Below are positions 20,600 to 30,457 of a DNA stretch of 64,000 nt, piece by piece (the first letter of the stretch is position 1; each line of letters opens with the position of its first letter). Under the pieces are notes generated by a model. It saw nothing but the letters and a program-made list of their open reading frames with translations. It did not search any database and had not been told where the DNA came from. The stretch is taken from positions 3,634 to 67,633 of the forward strand of contig JAWBSH010000003.1 in NCBI GenBank assembly GCA_038843015.1, given 5' to 3'. This stretch comes from Zestosphaera sp. (lineage in GTDB: Archaea > Thermoproteota > Thermoprotei_A > Sulfolobales > NBVN01). The position numbers were made by a program, and so were the translations under genes.

Positions 20600-21886
20600 C
20601 TAGTAGAAACTACGTATTTCCTTCCCTGACAACAAGCTTCTGGCGATCTCCTTAACCTCGCTTGAGTACTGCATGTACTTGTCTCTCACATATATCCTGA
20701 GGAACGCTAACTCAGCCGGCATAGAGCCGGCTATAGTCTCTCTAACAGGTTTTGCTTCTACTTCTCCTTCCTCATTCTCTATGTAGATTACGGCCTCCTC
20801 AAACATGGGGTTTGTAGGGAGTTTCGGCGTATCTACAAAAACTAAGTTGTCTTTATCAGCAACTTCTGGGTGGAGGTTCTTCAACTTATCTTCAAGACTC
20901 CTCTTAATAGCTTCCTTACTTATCGCTAAGAATCCTTTTAATGTTTGGTCTACTGGCAAGACAGTCTGGTAGACGTTCTTGTAAGGTACTCTCCTATCAA
21001 GTAAGTACTTACTCTCTTCTAGTTGTCTAATCTCCGGGTGTGATAATACGTACTCGTCGTCTAACTCAACATACTTGATGATGTTGTCGAATCTCTCACC
21101 GTAATTCAGTATCTTGTCTGCCTTAAGCAACATCTCGCCAGCTATCTTATCAAACGCTCGTACGGTCTTATGGTAATACACTGTCTTAAACATAAATATT
21201 CTGGCTATAAGTAGATGGTCTAACACGTCTTTAGCTTTATACTCCAGCACTATCTTGTCTTTAACAGGCTTTGAGTGGAAGGCTAGTCGCTCCCAGTCAA
21301 GCCCGAAGCCGTAGTTAGCTCCCGTAAAGTACGAGTCTCTGAGCAGATAATCTACTATGTCGGCGCTATAGGCCCCCTTAATTATGTAGTATAGTGACTT
21401 CTCACTAACTCCGCTACCTATGCTTGAGGTTAGCGGCCACGTCTCTAGCGAGACAGCTTCTATAAGCTTGGCCATGATCTCCGCGGAAATGCCTATCTCT
21501 TTCTCTATGTAGTTATCGAAACACTTAGATATTTCTGGGTGTTCCTTAATTATTTTACTTCCTAAGACTTCATGATTTACTTCGTAGTTTACGAGAACAT
21601 GATCTTCGAATGTGTGTGAGAATGGTCCATGACCTAAGTCATGCAGTAAGCCTATAAGTCTCGCTATCTGTTTTAGCCTGTTAACTTCAGGAGAATTCAA
21701 CCCAAGTCTTGAGTACGTGTACTCAGCGAATACTCCGGCCACGTGCATAGAACCCAGAGAGTGTGAAAACCTATTATGAACTGCCCCCGGATAAACCAGG
21801 TGTGACGTACCTAGTTGCTTAAGCCTTCTCAGCCTCTGCATAGGCGAGGACGAAACTAAGCATATCTCGTGTTTTACGAGTCTCAA
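20600..21886 (-). CDS. HD-domain phosphohydrolase (paralog of 12426-13679)
   Basis: QRLRRLKQL, RFSHSLGS and LLHDLGHGPFSH. The in-frame region 21887-21934 encodes the conserved DPIHGY motif but contains no ATG/GTG/TTG (see findings). Confidence 0.8.
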   Translation of the reverse strand: MRLVKHEICLVSSSPMQRLRRLKQLGTSHLVYPGAVHNRFSHSLGSMHVAGVFAEYTYSRLGLNSPEVNRLKQIARLIGLLHDLGHGPFSHTFEDHVLVNYEVNHEVLGSKIIKEHPEISKCFDNYIEKEIGISAEIMAKLIEAVSLETWPLTSSIGSGVSEKSLYYIIKGAYSADIVDYLLRDSYFTGANYGFGLDWERLAFHSKPVKDKIVLEYKAKDVLDHLLIARIFMFKTVYYHKTVRAFDKIAGEMLLKADKILNYGERFDNIIKYVELDDEYVLSHPEIRQLEESKYLLDRRVPYKNVYQTVLPVDQTLKGFLAISKEAIKRSLEDKLKNLHPEVADKDNLVFVDTPKLPTNPMFEEAVIYIENEEGEVEAKPVRETIAGSMPAELAFLRIYVRDKYMQYSSEVKEIARSLLSGKEIRSFY

Positions 21887-22086
21887 ATAGCCATGTATGG
21901 GGTCCTTAATCTGGACTAGTTCTTTATCCAGACACTACACCCAGCTAATATTTTGTGACACGAAATAAATATTATGGTCTTTGAAACCATATATTTCGAG
22001 TTAGGAAAACTAATTTAATCAACAATGTAATTTCCAGAGGATTTTCTTTAAAAAGTGTGCCTTTAAATTCTTAATAGTGATGTGGA

Positions 22087-23085
22087 TTGGCTGGTAGTAT
22101 AGTAATAACTCATGGGGACTGTGATGGGGTAATCTCTGCCTACCTCTACATAAAGCACTTCATGAAAGATATGTGGCCCTCAAATATATCGGTCATTTTT
22201 ACTCAGCCTTGGAGAGCTAACTTAGACTTTTTGAGGGGATATCGTGAAGGAGTTGATGAGGTAGTTCTTCTAGACCTAGCACTCAGTAGTGAACTAGTTA
22301 AAGAGATACTCAGAGTTGGGAGCAACCTAAGGAAAATTACGATTATAGATCATCATGTAAGCTCTCTAGAGTTCATTAACCAAATCACCGCCAACAACCT
22401 GCTTAAGAACGTGAAGGTAGTGTGCGAGAAGGCACAGTCATGCCCTAGATTAATGATCACCTCACTTAAAATCTCTCCTAACCCTTACGAGAAGTTATTG
22501 GTTGATGTGGCGGACGTGTGTGAAGGTGGTGAAGCCTCATCTGCTGAAGTGACTAAGTTGGCTGACATCATAAAATTATCTATTGCTAGAGACCCGGGAG
22601 ATTACGACTTCATGAACTACTTGCTTGCTCTGCTCATGAAAAATAGGAGTGTAGAGTCTGACGACATAGTTAGTAGGAGGTATAAGACAGCTAAGTTTGT
22701 CTTAAGCCGGCTACTTAAGATAATGAGTGAGAACTCGATATCCTACAGGAACGTAGTGAAGATCTCTACGCTCTCGTTGCCTGAGTCCAGGATTTTCGCT
22801 GGTTTGCTGGGTGTTGGGACTACAGAACTAGCCAGAATGTATAAATCTGATATAGTTTTGGTGAGGAGTGAGGAGAACAAGGTAGTAGTTACTGTGAGAA
22901 CCTTAGATGATAAAGCGCTTAAATTATGTAGAGACATAGCTAAGTTGGGTAAGGGGAGGTTCGGGGGTCATGCGGAGGCGGCTTCAGCTACATTACCTGA
23001 GTTAAGCCTTCAGGAAGTCACAGATTTAATTGTTGGTGTTGTGGGTGGGAGAGAAGATATATTACAGAGGAAGCATAAAATTTGA
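22087..23085 (+). CDS. DHH-family phosphoesterase-like protein
   Basis: ITHGDCDGV (DxD motif) and TIIDHHVSS (DHH motif). 332 aa. Confidence 0.55.
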   Translation: MAGSIVITHGDCDGVISAYLYIKHFMKDMWPSNISVIFTQPWRANLDFLRGYREGVDEVVLLDLALSSELVKEILRVGSNLRKITIIDHHVSSLEFINQITANNLLKNVKVVCEKAQSCPRLMITSLKISPNPYEKLLVDVADVCEGGEASSAEVTKLADIIKLSIARDPGDYDFMNYLLALLMKNRSVESDDIVSRRYKTAKFVLSRLLKIMSENSISYRNVVKISTLSLPESRIFAGLLGVGTTELARMYKSDIVLVRSEENKVVVTVRTLDDKALKLCRDIAKLGKGRFGGHAEAASATLPELSLQEVTDLIVGVVGGREDILQRKHKI

Positions 23086-23782
23086 TGAACTCCACCAGCT
23101 AGTGAGGAAGTGGTTTAGGCACGCAACGATACTAATAATTGGAGAGTGTGAGGTAGATTATACTGGGAGGGCTTCTTCTAGGGCTAGCAACTCATGGAGA
23201 CTCATAATAATTAAGGAAGACGGGACGGTACTAATACATGAATCAGTAGGTAGAGAACCTATCAACTGGCAACCTAACTCATACGTGACGACGGAACTCA
23301 AGGAGGACACTCTAATCATTAGGGCCTTAAGGTTGAGACCGCGTGAAGAGCTAGTGATTAGGTTGAGGGGTGAGTGTGAGGCACTCATAGCTAAGTTAGG
23401 GACAGGCAAGTTCATCATGTCAGGGACTGAGAAAGACGTGATCGAGTTCCTAGCAAATAACCCAAAAATAATCGATGAGAAAGCCGAACTTGTTTCCAGA
23501 GAGGTGCCAACACCTCACGGACGTATAGACCTAGTTCTCCGAGGGAGAGACAACACATTAATACTAGTCGAGATCAAAAGAGACGTAGCTGATGTGGAAG
23601 CGGTTTTTCAGCTGAGGAGGTATGTGGAATACTACACAAGCCTGGGCGTAAGCAATGTTAGGGGAATCATAGTAGCGCAATCTTTAACCCCGACGGCCCG
23701 AAAACTATTAAGTGATTTTGGTTTAGAGTACAGGTGTATTAAGGTGAGTGAGGGCAACGTGTATGAGAAGGAAGTATGTTGA
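23030..23782 (+). CDS. nucS: Endonuclease NucS (EndoMS)
   Basis: GECEVDYTGRASS N-terminal domain. C-terminal PD-(D/E)xK region HGRIDLVLRG...LILVEIKR. The start is uncertain because several alternative start codons lie in the overlap with the upstream gene. Confidence 0.8.
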   Translation: MLVLWVGEKIYYRGSIKFDELHQLVRKWFRHATILIIGECEVDYTGRASSRASNSWRLIIIKEDGTVLIHESVGREPINWQPNSYVTTELKEDTLIIRALRLRPREELVIRLRGECEALIAKLGTGKFIMSGTEKDVIEFLANNPKIIDEKAELVSREVPTPHGRIDLVLRGRDNTLILVEIKRDVADVEAVFQLRRYVEYYTSLGVSNVRGIIVAQSLTPTARKLLSDFGLEYRCIKVSEGNVYEKEVC

Positions 23783-24500
23783 TTCACATATACATCTCAA
23801 CGACTACACAAGAGAGAAGATCCTTGATTTATGTGGGAAAGACGATATGGAGTTAGTCGCTGTCTCTGAAGATCTGCATTCATCGTTAATTAACTTATCG
23901 CTTGAGAGGGAATGTTCTAACGTGAGAGCTGCTGTAGGAGTTCACCCGTGGAATGCTGATAAAGTAGCGGCTGACGAGCTAGCTAAAGTGATGGAGTTAA
24001 TAGATAGTGTTGGTTTCGTGGGTGAGGTAGGGCTAGATAAGAAATTCACTCCTGAGACTTTCGACTTACAGCTGAAAATTTTTAAGGAGTTTGTTTCTCG
24101 AGCGTCGAGCGGTAATAAGGTGTTGCTTCTTCACGCCGCGGGAGCTTGGAAGGAAGTACTTGAAGTATTGTCTAAGACTCCTGTTAAGGCCGCAGTACTT
24201 CACTGGTATACTGGTCCTTTAGAATACTTGAGAGATATTAGAGAGCTGGGGTACTTCATAGGTGTGAACGTATCCTTACTAAGACAACCTAAGATGAGGG
24301 AAGTAGTCAAGCAGGCCCCCCTAGACATCATGCTGACAGAGTCTGATGGACCTTATGAGTACAGGGGGCTCAGACTAGAGCCTGACTTAATACCAGCCTT
24401 AATAAATGAGATTGCGACAATAAAGAAATTGAGTTCTGAAGATGTGTTGGAGGCAGTTTATAATAATTACTTAAGTCTACTAAATAGGATGCTGAAGTAG
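23748..24500 (+). CDS. TatD-family metal-dependent hydrolase
   Basis: DSHIHLN, GEVGLD, LHWYTG and TESDGP motifs. The likely start is the ATG at 23763. Confidence 0.75.
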   Translation: MRATCMRRKYVDSHIHLNDYTREKILDLCGKDDMELVAVSEDLHSSLINLSLERECSNVRAAVGVHPWNADKVAADELAKVMELIDSVGFVGEVGLDKKFTPETFDLQLKIFKEFVSRASSGNKVLLLHAAGAWKEVLEVLSKTPVKAAVLHWYTGPLEYLRDIRELGYFIGVNVSLLRQPKMREVVKQAPLDIMLTESDGPYEYRGLRLEPDLIPALINEIATIKKLSSEDVLEAVYNNYLSLLNRMLK

Positions 24501-24503
24501 CCT

Positions 24504-25436
24504 GTGGTGTGGAGATTGGGTAGTGTTAAGGTTGGTGTTGTAGGCGTTGGTGTTTGGGGAAGGAATATAGTGAGGGTACTTAAAGATTTAGAGAAGGAGG
24601 ACTTAGTTAAGATAGTTGGCGTAGCTGACTTAGACGTGAGCAGAGCTCTTGAAGTCGCTAGCACGTACAATATCAGCGCTTACGTAAGGAATGTTAGAGA
24701 TCTTGCAGAGTTAGGTGCGGAGGCTGTAGCGATATCAGTCCCTATCAGTGAGTTATTTCATGTAGCTAGAGAAGCCTTGAGTTTAGGATTGCACGTATTT
24801 ATAGAGAAACCTGTCTCAGTAAAGTCAGAAGAGGTGACTGAGCTAATTAAGATATCTGAGTCTTTCTCGCTTGTAGCTCAGCCAGGCTTCATAGTTAGGT
24901 ATGACCCGGGAGTCAAGGCCCTCAAGAAAGTCCTTAAAGGCAGAATAAAATACTTGATTTTTAAGAGGTTATCTGCTAGACCGCCACATAGGAGGAACTT
25001 CTCAGTAGTTTTAGACTTAATGATTCACGATATAGACTTAGCACTTAATCTAGTTAATCCCGAGAAGACAGAGCTAGTGAGTGTGTTAGGATTTAAGAGA
25101 GAAGATGGAGTACCTCAAGAAGTTCACGCCAAGCTATTGCTAGATGATGTAGTAGCTTACTTAATAACTGACGGCACTCTCCCGGTTAAGGTTCGTAATG
25201 TCGAGGTAGTCACTGAAGATACATACTATGAAGTCTCTTTCACTGATTATACCCTTCTCGTTAAGGGAGTTAGCGGTAGTTACGTGCAGAGAGTTGAGGG
25301 TGAGGAGCCTCTTAAAGCAGAATTAAGAGATTTTATAAGGTCTGTAGAGGGTCATAAGTCTCCAGATGCTCCAACACTTCAAGACACTCTAAGAGCACTT
25401 AAAGTGATTGAGTTGATTGAACAAAGACTGAGTTAA
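24504..25436 (+). CDS. Gfo/Idh/MocA-family oxidoreductase
   Basis: N-terminal Rossmann motif VGVVGVGVWGRN. EKP motif (VFIEKPV). Confidence 0.65.
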   Translation: MVWRLGSVKVGVVGVGVWGRNIVRVLKDLEKEDLVKIVGVADLDVSRALEVASTYNISAYVRNVRDLAELGAEAVAISVPISELFHVAREALSLGLHVFIEKPVSVKSEEVTELIKISESFSLVAQPGFIVRYDPGVKALKKVLKGRIKYLIFKRLSARPPHRRNFSVVLDLMIHDIDLALNLVNPEKTELVSVLGFKREDGVPQEVHAKLLLDDVVAYLITDGTLPVKVRNVEVVTEDTYYEVSFTDYTLLVKGVSGSYVQRVEGEEPLKAELRDFIRSVEGHKSPDAPTLQDTLRALKVIELIEQRLS

Positions 25437-25479
25437 GCTTGACGTGAAAGATAAGTTATAACTCGCTACCATTAATTCC

Positions 25480-26814
25480 TTAGAGATTCTCTAAAAACTC
25501 ATCTATTAACTCCTTTATTGAAGGACCTTCTAGTATTTTAAGTTCCCAAGTAGCCTTCACTATAGGCTTATTTATCTTTAGTAACATAGTGATGTCTGCA
25601 GGTGTTCCTAACACTACTACGTCTGCAGGTGTTCTATTTATAGTTTCTTCTAAATCTCTTAGTTGTTCGGGTGTATAGCCTGTGGATGGCAGGACTTCTT
25701 TCATGTGTGGGTATTCCGCATACAGCTTCTTAAGAATTCCTACAGCGTAGGGTCTTGGGTCAATTATTTCTGAGGCGCCGTATTTCTTAGCAGCAACGTA
25801 TCCTGCACCATAAGGTACTCCGCCATGAGTAACTGTTGGTGAATCTTCTATTACTAATACTCTCTTGCCTCTCACTAAGTCAGGTTCTGGGAGCACCACC
25901 TCCATGTCAGCTAAGCATATCTTTGCGCGTGGGTTGACGTTCTTAACGTTACTGACTACTTTACTTACAGAATCTTTGGGAGCTTGACTGACTTTATTGA
26001 TTATTACGGCGTTGGCCATCCTGGTATTTACCTCGCCAGGGTAAGAACCAATCTCCTGTCCTGGCCTCATAGCGTCAGCCACTGTTATCATGTAGTTGAA
26101 CTTGTAGAAGGGGAAGTCGTTGTTTCCCCCGTCCCACAATATAACGTCACCCATGCTTTCAGCGACTGTTAGTACTTTGCCGTAATCTACCCCGGCGAGC
26201 ACAGGAAGTCCTAGCCTTATGTATTGTTCGTACTCTTCCCTCTCTTCTATAGTTACTTTCCACTTCACCAGGTCGTCATAACTCCTGAACACTTGTACGG
26301 ACATCTCTCTTAAGTCTCCGTAAGCCATGGGATGCCTGACGGGCACAGGTTTAATACCTCTGCTCATTAACTCCCTAACCACTGCTCTAGAAACTGTAGA
26401 CTTACCAGCACCAGTTCTCACTGCGGTAACTGCTATTACGGGCTTATGAGATGCTAACATGGTTTCTCTGGGGGAGAGTAGCTTGAAGCTAGCTCCGTTA
26501 GATAAAGCTATAGACGCTATCCTCCCAACGTCTTCGTATCTTAAGTCACTGTAGGACAGTACGACCTCATCTACGTGGAATTCTCTGATTATCTCACCCA
26601 ACTTACTTTCTGGGACTATAGGTATTCCGTCAGGGTATAGAGACCCTGCTAGTTCAGCAGGATATCTCCTCCTCTCTACACCAGGTATCTGAGCTGCTGT
26701 GAAGGCTACTACCTCGTAATCAGGATTATCTCTGAATACCACGTTAAAATTATGGAAGTCTCTTCCTCCCGCACCAACTATAACTACTCTCGTTCTTCTA
26801 ACCAAGACAAGCAC
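25480..26814 (-). CDS. COG2403-type P-loop protein (cyclic 2,3-diphosphoglycerate synthetase-like)
   Basis: VVIVGAGGRDFHNFN start and P-loop RTGAGKST. I place the start at the GTG at 26814, because a TATA-like TTTTTTTAAGG ends 20 nt upstream (leaderless-type spacing). The track ORF extends to 26892. Confidence 0.5.
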   Translation of the reverse strand: MLVLVRRTRVVIVGAGGRDFHNFNVVFRDNPDYEVVAFTAAQIPGVERRRYPAELAGSLYPDGIPIVPESKLGEIIREFHVDEVVLSYSDLRYEDVGRIASIALSNGASFKLLSPRETMLASHKPVIAVTAVRTGAGKSTVSRAVVRELMSRGIKPVPVRHPMAYGDLREMSVQVFRSYDDLVKWKVTIEEREEYEQYIRLGLPVLAGVDYGKVLTVAESMGDVILWDGGNNDFPFYKFNYMITVADAMRPGQEIGSYPGEVNTRMANAVIINKVSQAPKDSVSKVVSNVKNVNPRAKICLADMEVVLPEPDLVRGKRVLVIEDSPTVTHGGVPYGAGYVAAKKYGASEIIDPRPYAVGILKKLYAEYPHMKEVLPSTGYTPEQLRDLEETINRTPADVVVLGTPADITMLLKINKPIVKATWELKILEGPSIKELIDEFLENL

Positions 26815-26947
26815 CCAAGAATATAGTGTGCTGAACCTTAAAAAAATTGCTAATCTGCAACAATATTTTTTACGTGTAAGTAAGTTAAGCACTCCATACT
26901 GAGTTATAGTTTAATAAGTTTCCTATAATTTTAGGTAGGGTCTCCTC

Positions 26948-28048
26948 ATGAGGCTGAGTAAGCTTGTTAAAATAGTTGATGAACTTAATCTAGATGCAGT
27001 ATTGATAACTTACGAGTGGAATGTGTTTTACTATGTTAGTGTGCCGAGACCTAGTGGGAGCTTCATACTGTATGAGAAGGGAGGAACTCCTAAGATTCTT
27101 ACTCCAGCACTAGACTTCTGGAGATTGACTGACGAGGTGGGAGAGAGTATTGAGGTAATCCCGTACACAACGTACGAATTACCTGGATTTCCTAAGCTAG
27201 TTAAGGGGAAGCTCTCTGACTGGATAATTAAATATTTGAGTGACTCTAGGTATGGCAGGGTAGGGCTTGACTTAAGCCACTCAACACCACTAGCTAGAGA
27301 AGTTAGTGAGAGGTTGAGAAATCACGCATCAGTAGAAGACATAAGTTCGCAGATAAGTATGCAGAGATCTATTAAAGAACCTGAAGAAATAGAGTTGATT
27401 AATCAGGCTTTAAGGATTTCCGAGAGTAGTTTTAATAAGTTGCTTAATGAGGGAGTAAGAGAATTAAGTGAGAAGGAGGTTGCTGCCAAACTAGACAGTT
27501 ATATGAGATTAAGCGGTGCTGACGGGGTAGCCTTTGAAACTATAGTTGCTTCAGGACCTAACTCAGCGTACCCTCATGCCTACCCAACTAACAAGAAAGT
27601 AAGTAGAGATGATGTTGTGGTTTTTGATTTCGGCGCTAGATTCATGAATTACTGCTCAGATACTACCAGAACTCTAGTTCCGGGAGCTAATGAGGAAGCT
27701 AAGAAAGCTTTAGAAGCGGTTGGTGATGCGCTGAATGTTGCTACTGACACTATTAGAGAGGGTGTTAAGTCGAGCGAGCCAGACTCTGCCGCGAGAGAAG
27801 TTCTCAGAAGGCACGGGCTAGAAAACTACTTCATACACTCGCTAGGTCATGGAGTCGGGCTTGAAATACACGAAAGACCTAGGCTAGCTCAAGGAATAGA
27901 AGATACTCTAGTTGAGGGTATGGTAGTGACTGTTGAGCCGGGTATCTACATACACAATAGGTTCGGCATCAGGTTAGAAAACCTTGTTGTTGTAAGGAAG
28001 AGTAAAGCCGAGGTCTTGAATAGGTTGCCTCTCATCATAAGTGTTTAG
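26948..28048 (+). CDS. M24-family Xaa-Pro aminopeptidase
   Basis: VVVFDFGA, HSLGHGVGLEIHE and VTVEPGIY metal-ligand motifs. Confidence 0.8.
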   Translation: MRLSKLVKIVDELNLDAVLITYEWNVFYYVSVPRPSGSFILYEKGGTPKILTPALDFWRLTDEVGESIEVIPYTTYELPGFPKLVKGKLSDWIIKYLSDSRYGRVGLDLSHSTPLAREVSERLRNHASVEDISSQISMQRSIKEPEEIELINQALRISESSFNKLLNEGVRELSEKEVAAKLDSYMRLSGADGVAFETIVASGPNSAYPHAYPTNKKVSRDDVVVFDFGARFMNYCSDTTRTLVPGANEEAKKALEAVGDALNVATDTIREGVKSSEPDSAAREVLRRHGLENYFIHSLGHGVGLEIHERPRLAQGIEDTLVEGMVVTVEPGIYIHNRFGIRLENLVVVRKSKAEVLNRLPLIISV

Positions 28049-29429
28049 GTGCGTGCAAGGGTTTTCCTGAAGCCTCTGATACTATCTCGCTAAAGACTTC
28101 TGAGTAGGTTGGGTGTGAGATTATAGTCTTCCTTAACTCATTAACGCTTAACCGATGGCTAACCGCTAGAGTGAATAAATGTATTACGTCAGCAGCGCCA
28201 TTGCCTACTACAGCAGCCCCTAAAATCTTGCCCGTGTTTTTCTCCACGATTAGTTTAGCGAAACCTTCTGGGGTAGCTCTGACAGAAGCTGAGTCCCTGC
28301 CTAAGGCCACGTAAGGAAACTTAGAGACTTTATAGTCTATGCCGGCCTTAGAAGCTTGCGACTCGTTCAGACCAACAAACCCTATCTCTGGATGTGTATA
28401 TATCACCATAGGTACAGGACCTCTCGGGAGAGGCTCCTCTACCCCCACAATAGCTTCTGCCGCAATTAAGCCCTCCCTAAAAGCTTTATGCGCTAGGAGA
28501 GGAGGCCCCGTCACGTCTCCTGCCGCGTAGACACTGGGAACCGTGGTTCTCATGAAGTCATTAACTATTATAGCGCCCTTATTATCTAACTCTACGCCGA
28601 CCTCGTTTAAGCCCATGTTTGAGGTGTTATAGCTTCTCCCAGCTGCTATAAGAACCTTCTCTACTTTAACTTCTGTAGTCCCTCCTTTACTTACTATCCT
28701 AACCAGCACCTCGTCATTAACGTAACCCCCGAACTGCGCCTGAGAAGACGTGTATATCTTAACACCAGATTTCAGCAAGTACTTATGGATCACGTCACTT
28801 ACGTCTTGATCTACTTCAGGCAGTATCTTATCCATTATCTCTACTAGGTGGACTTCTGTACCTAACTGAGCTAGTGCCTCGGAAATCTCGCATCCTATGG
28901 CGCCAGCACCTACTATGAGTATAGAATTAGGTAATGAATCTAGTTCGAAGAAATGCCTGTTATGAATTATTTTCTCACCATCAAAACTGAAGGTAGGTAC
29001 ACTCCTAGGTTCTGTTCCGGTAGCAACTATTATGTTAGTAGCTTCCAGCTCTGTGTTTGTTTCGCCTTCTACTTTGACTGTATGCGGGTCTTTAAGCCTG
29101 CCATATCCTTGAATGATTTCAGCGCCGCTGAGAAGATACTTGACCCCCTCTCTAGCCTTAATTACAGCTCTAGAAACATGCTTCAGTACTTTACTTCTGT
29201 CAACACTCCCCACACTTAAGGACACGCCGTACTTACTCAGAGACTTGGCGAGTCCTACAGCGTTTCCTAGCTCGATTAAGGCTTTAGAGGGTATACAACC
29301 CCAGTTACTGCATTCACCGCCTAAATACTTTCTCTCTATTAGAGCTACTTTAAGTCCTCTCTGAAGAGCTGTTATAGCTGCAACATACCCTGCAGGACCA
29401 CCACCAAGAACAACAACATCATACCTCAA
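28035..29429 (-). CDS. Dihydrolipoamide dehydrogenase-like pyridine nucleotide-disulfide oxidoreductase
   Basis: VVLGGGPAGY, redox-active GGECSNWGCIPSK, a second GAGAIGCE and C-terminal HPTYSE. Confidence 0.75.
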   Translation of the reverse strand: MRYDVVVLGGGPAGYVAAITALQRGLKVALIERKYLGGECSNWGCIPSKALIELGNAVGLAKSLSKYGVSLSVGSVDRSKVLKHVSRAVIKAREGVKYLLSGAEIIQGYGRLKDPHTVKVEGETNTELEATNIIVATGTEPRSVPTFSFDGEKIIHNRHFFELDSLPNSILIVGAGAIGCEISEALAQLGTEVHLVEIMDKILPEVDQDVSDVIHKYLLKSGVKIYTSSQAQFGGYVNDEVLVRIVSKGGTTEVKVEKVLIAAGRSYNTSNMGLNEVGVELDNKGAIIVNDFMRTTVPSVYAAGDVTGPPLLAHKAFREGLIAAEAIVGVEEPLPRGPVPMVIYTHPEIGFVGLNESQASKAGIDYKVSKFPYVALGRDSASVRATPEGFAKLIVEKNTGKILGAAVVGNGAADVIHLFTLAVSHRLSVNELRKTIISHPTYSEVFSEIVSEASGKPLHAPKHL

Positions 29430-29531
29430 TTCTCATCAACCACATTAATTAGCGGCGGAATTATTATTAAGAATTTTAGGCTTGTCTGTCGCTAAAATAA
29501 TTCAAGAAGTAGTTGTCTACGTTTTAGTTAG

Positions 29532-30347
29532 CTATCTTTGAGCGAGATCTTTGAATGAGTAGAAAGGTCCGTCTACAAAAACTCTCTTATGTTTAGTCTT
29601 CTCATAGAGTTTTATCACTTTATCTACAGATTCTTTAGGAACTCCGGAAATCCTGGGTATCTCATGAGGTTCACGCCTCTCATCAAACAGCCTGTAAAGC
29701 ACTTCATCTATTTCATCGTAAGTTAAGCCTAGTTCTCCCTCAGCCGTGTGTCCAGGCCATAAATCAGGTGATGGGGGTCTAGAGATTACCTCAGTAGGTA
29801 AGTTGAGATACTTAGCAAATTCTCTTACTTGAGTTTTATATAGTCCTATTATGGGGTGTAAGTCACCGGCTCCATCACCCCACTTAGTAAAGAAACCTAT
29901 CAAGAACTCTGAGCGGTCGCTAGTACCAACTACCAACATGTTTTCTTTATTAGCTATAGCGTAGAGTACGACCATCCTACTCCTAGCTTTTATATTACCC
30001 CTAACTAGCTTGTTAGAAGACTCGTAGCTCATCCCCAAAGATTTGAGAAAAGCACTGACTACATCAGTTATATTTATGACTTCTAGTTCTAGCCCCAAAT
30101 TACCAGCTACTTTATTAGCTATTAGAGTTGAGATGGGATTGCTTTCTGCTTCAGGCATGTGAATAGCCTTAACTGATGAAGCTCCTAAGGCCTTGACAGA
30201 AAGAGCGACACATACTGAGGAATCTCCCCCTCCTGAAAGACCTATAACAACTCCTGAAGCACCTGCTTCCTTAACTCTAGCTCTGATGAAGTTAGTGATG
30301 ACGTCTTCGGCTTTGCGGAAGTCTACACTTAGGTGCGGAGGTAGCAT
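29532..30347 (-). CDS. nadE: NH3-dependent NAD+ synthetase
   Basis: PP-loop GLSGGGDSSV. 271 aa. Confidence 0.85.
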   Translation of the reverse strand: MLPPHLSVDFRKAEDVITNFIRARVKEAGASGVVIGLSGGGDSSVCVALSVKALGASSVKAIHMPEAESNPISTLIANKVAGNLGLELEVINITDVVSAFLKSLGMSYESSNKLVRGNIKARSRMVVLYAIANKENMLVVGTSDRSEFLIGFFTKWGDGAGDLHPIIGLYKTQVREFAKYLNLPTEVISRPPSPDLWPGHTAEGELGLTYDEIDEVLYRLFDERREPHEIPRISGVPKESVDKVIKLYEKTKHKRVFVDGPFYSFKDLAQR

Positions 30348-30457
30348 TAAGTCACACCGTGAATAATAGAAGCGTGTGGGAATTAAAAGTTGAGCTCCTC
30401 GCTAACTAGAGTGTTAAACAATTAAATCCCCTATTCGAGATGCTTATGGGTGTTTAG

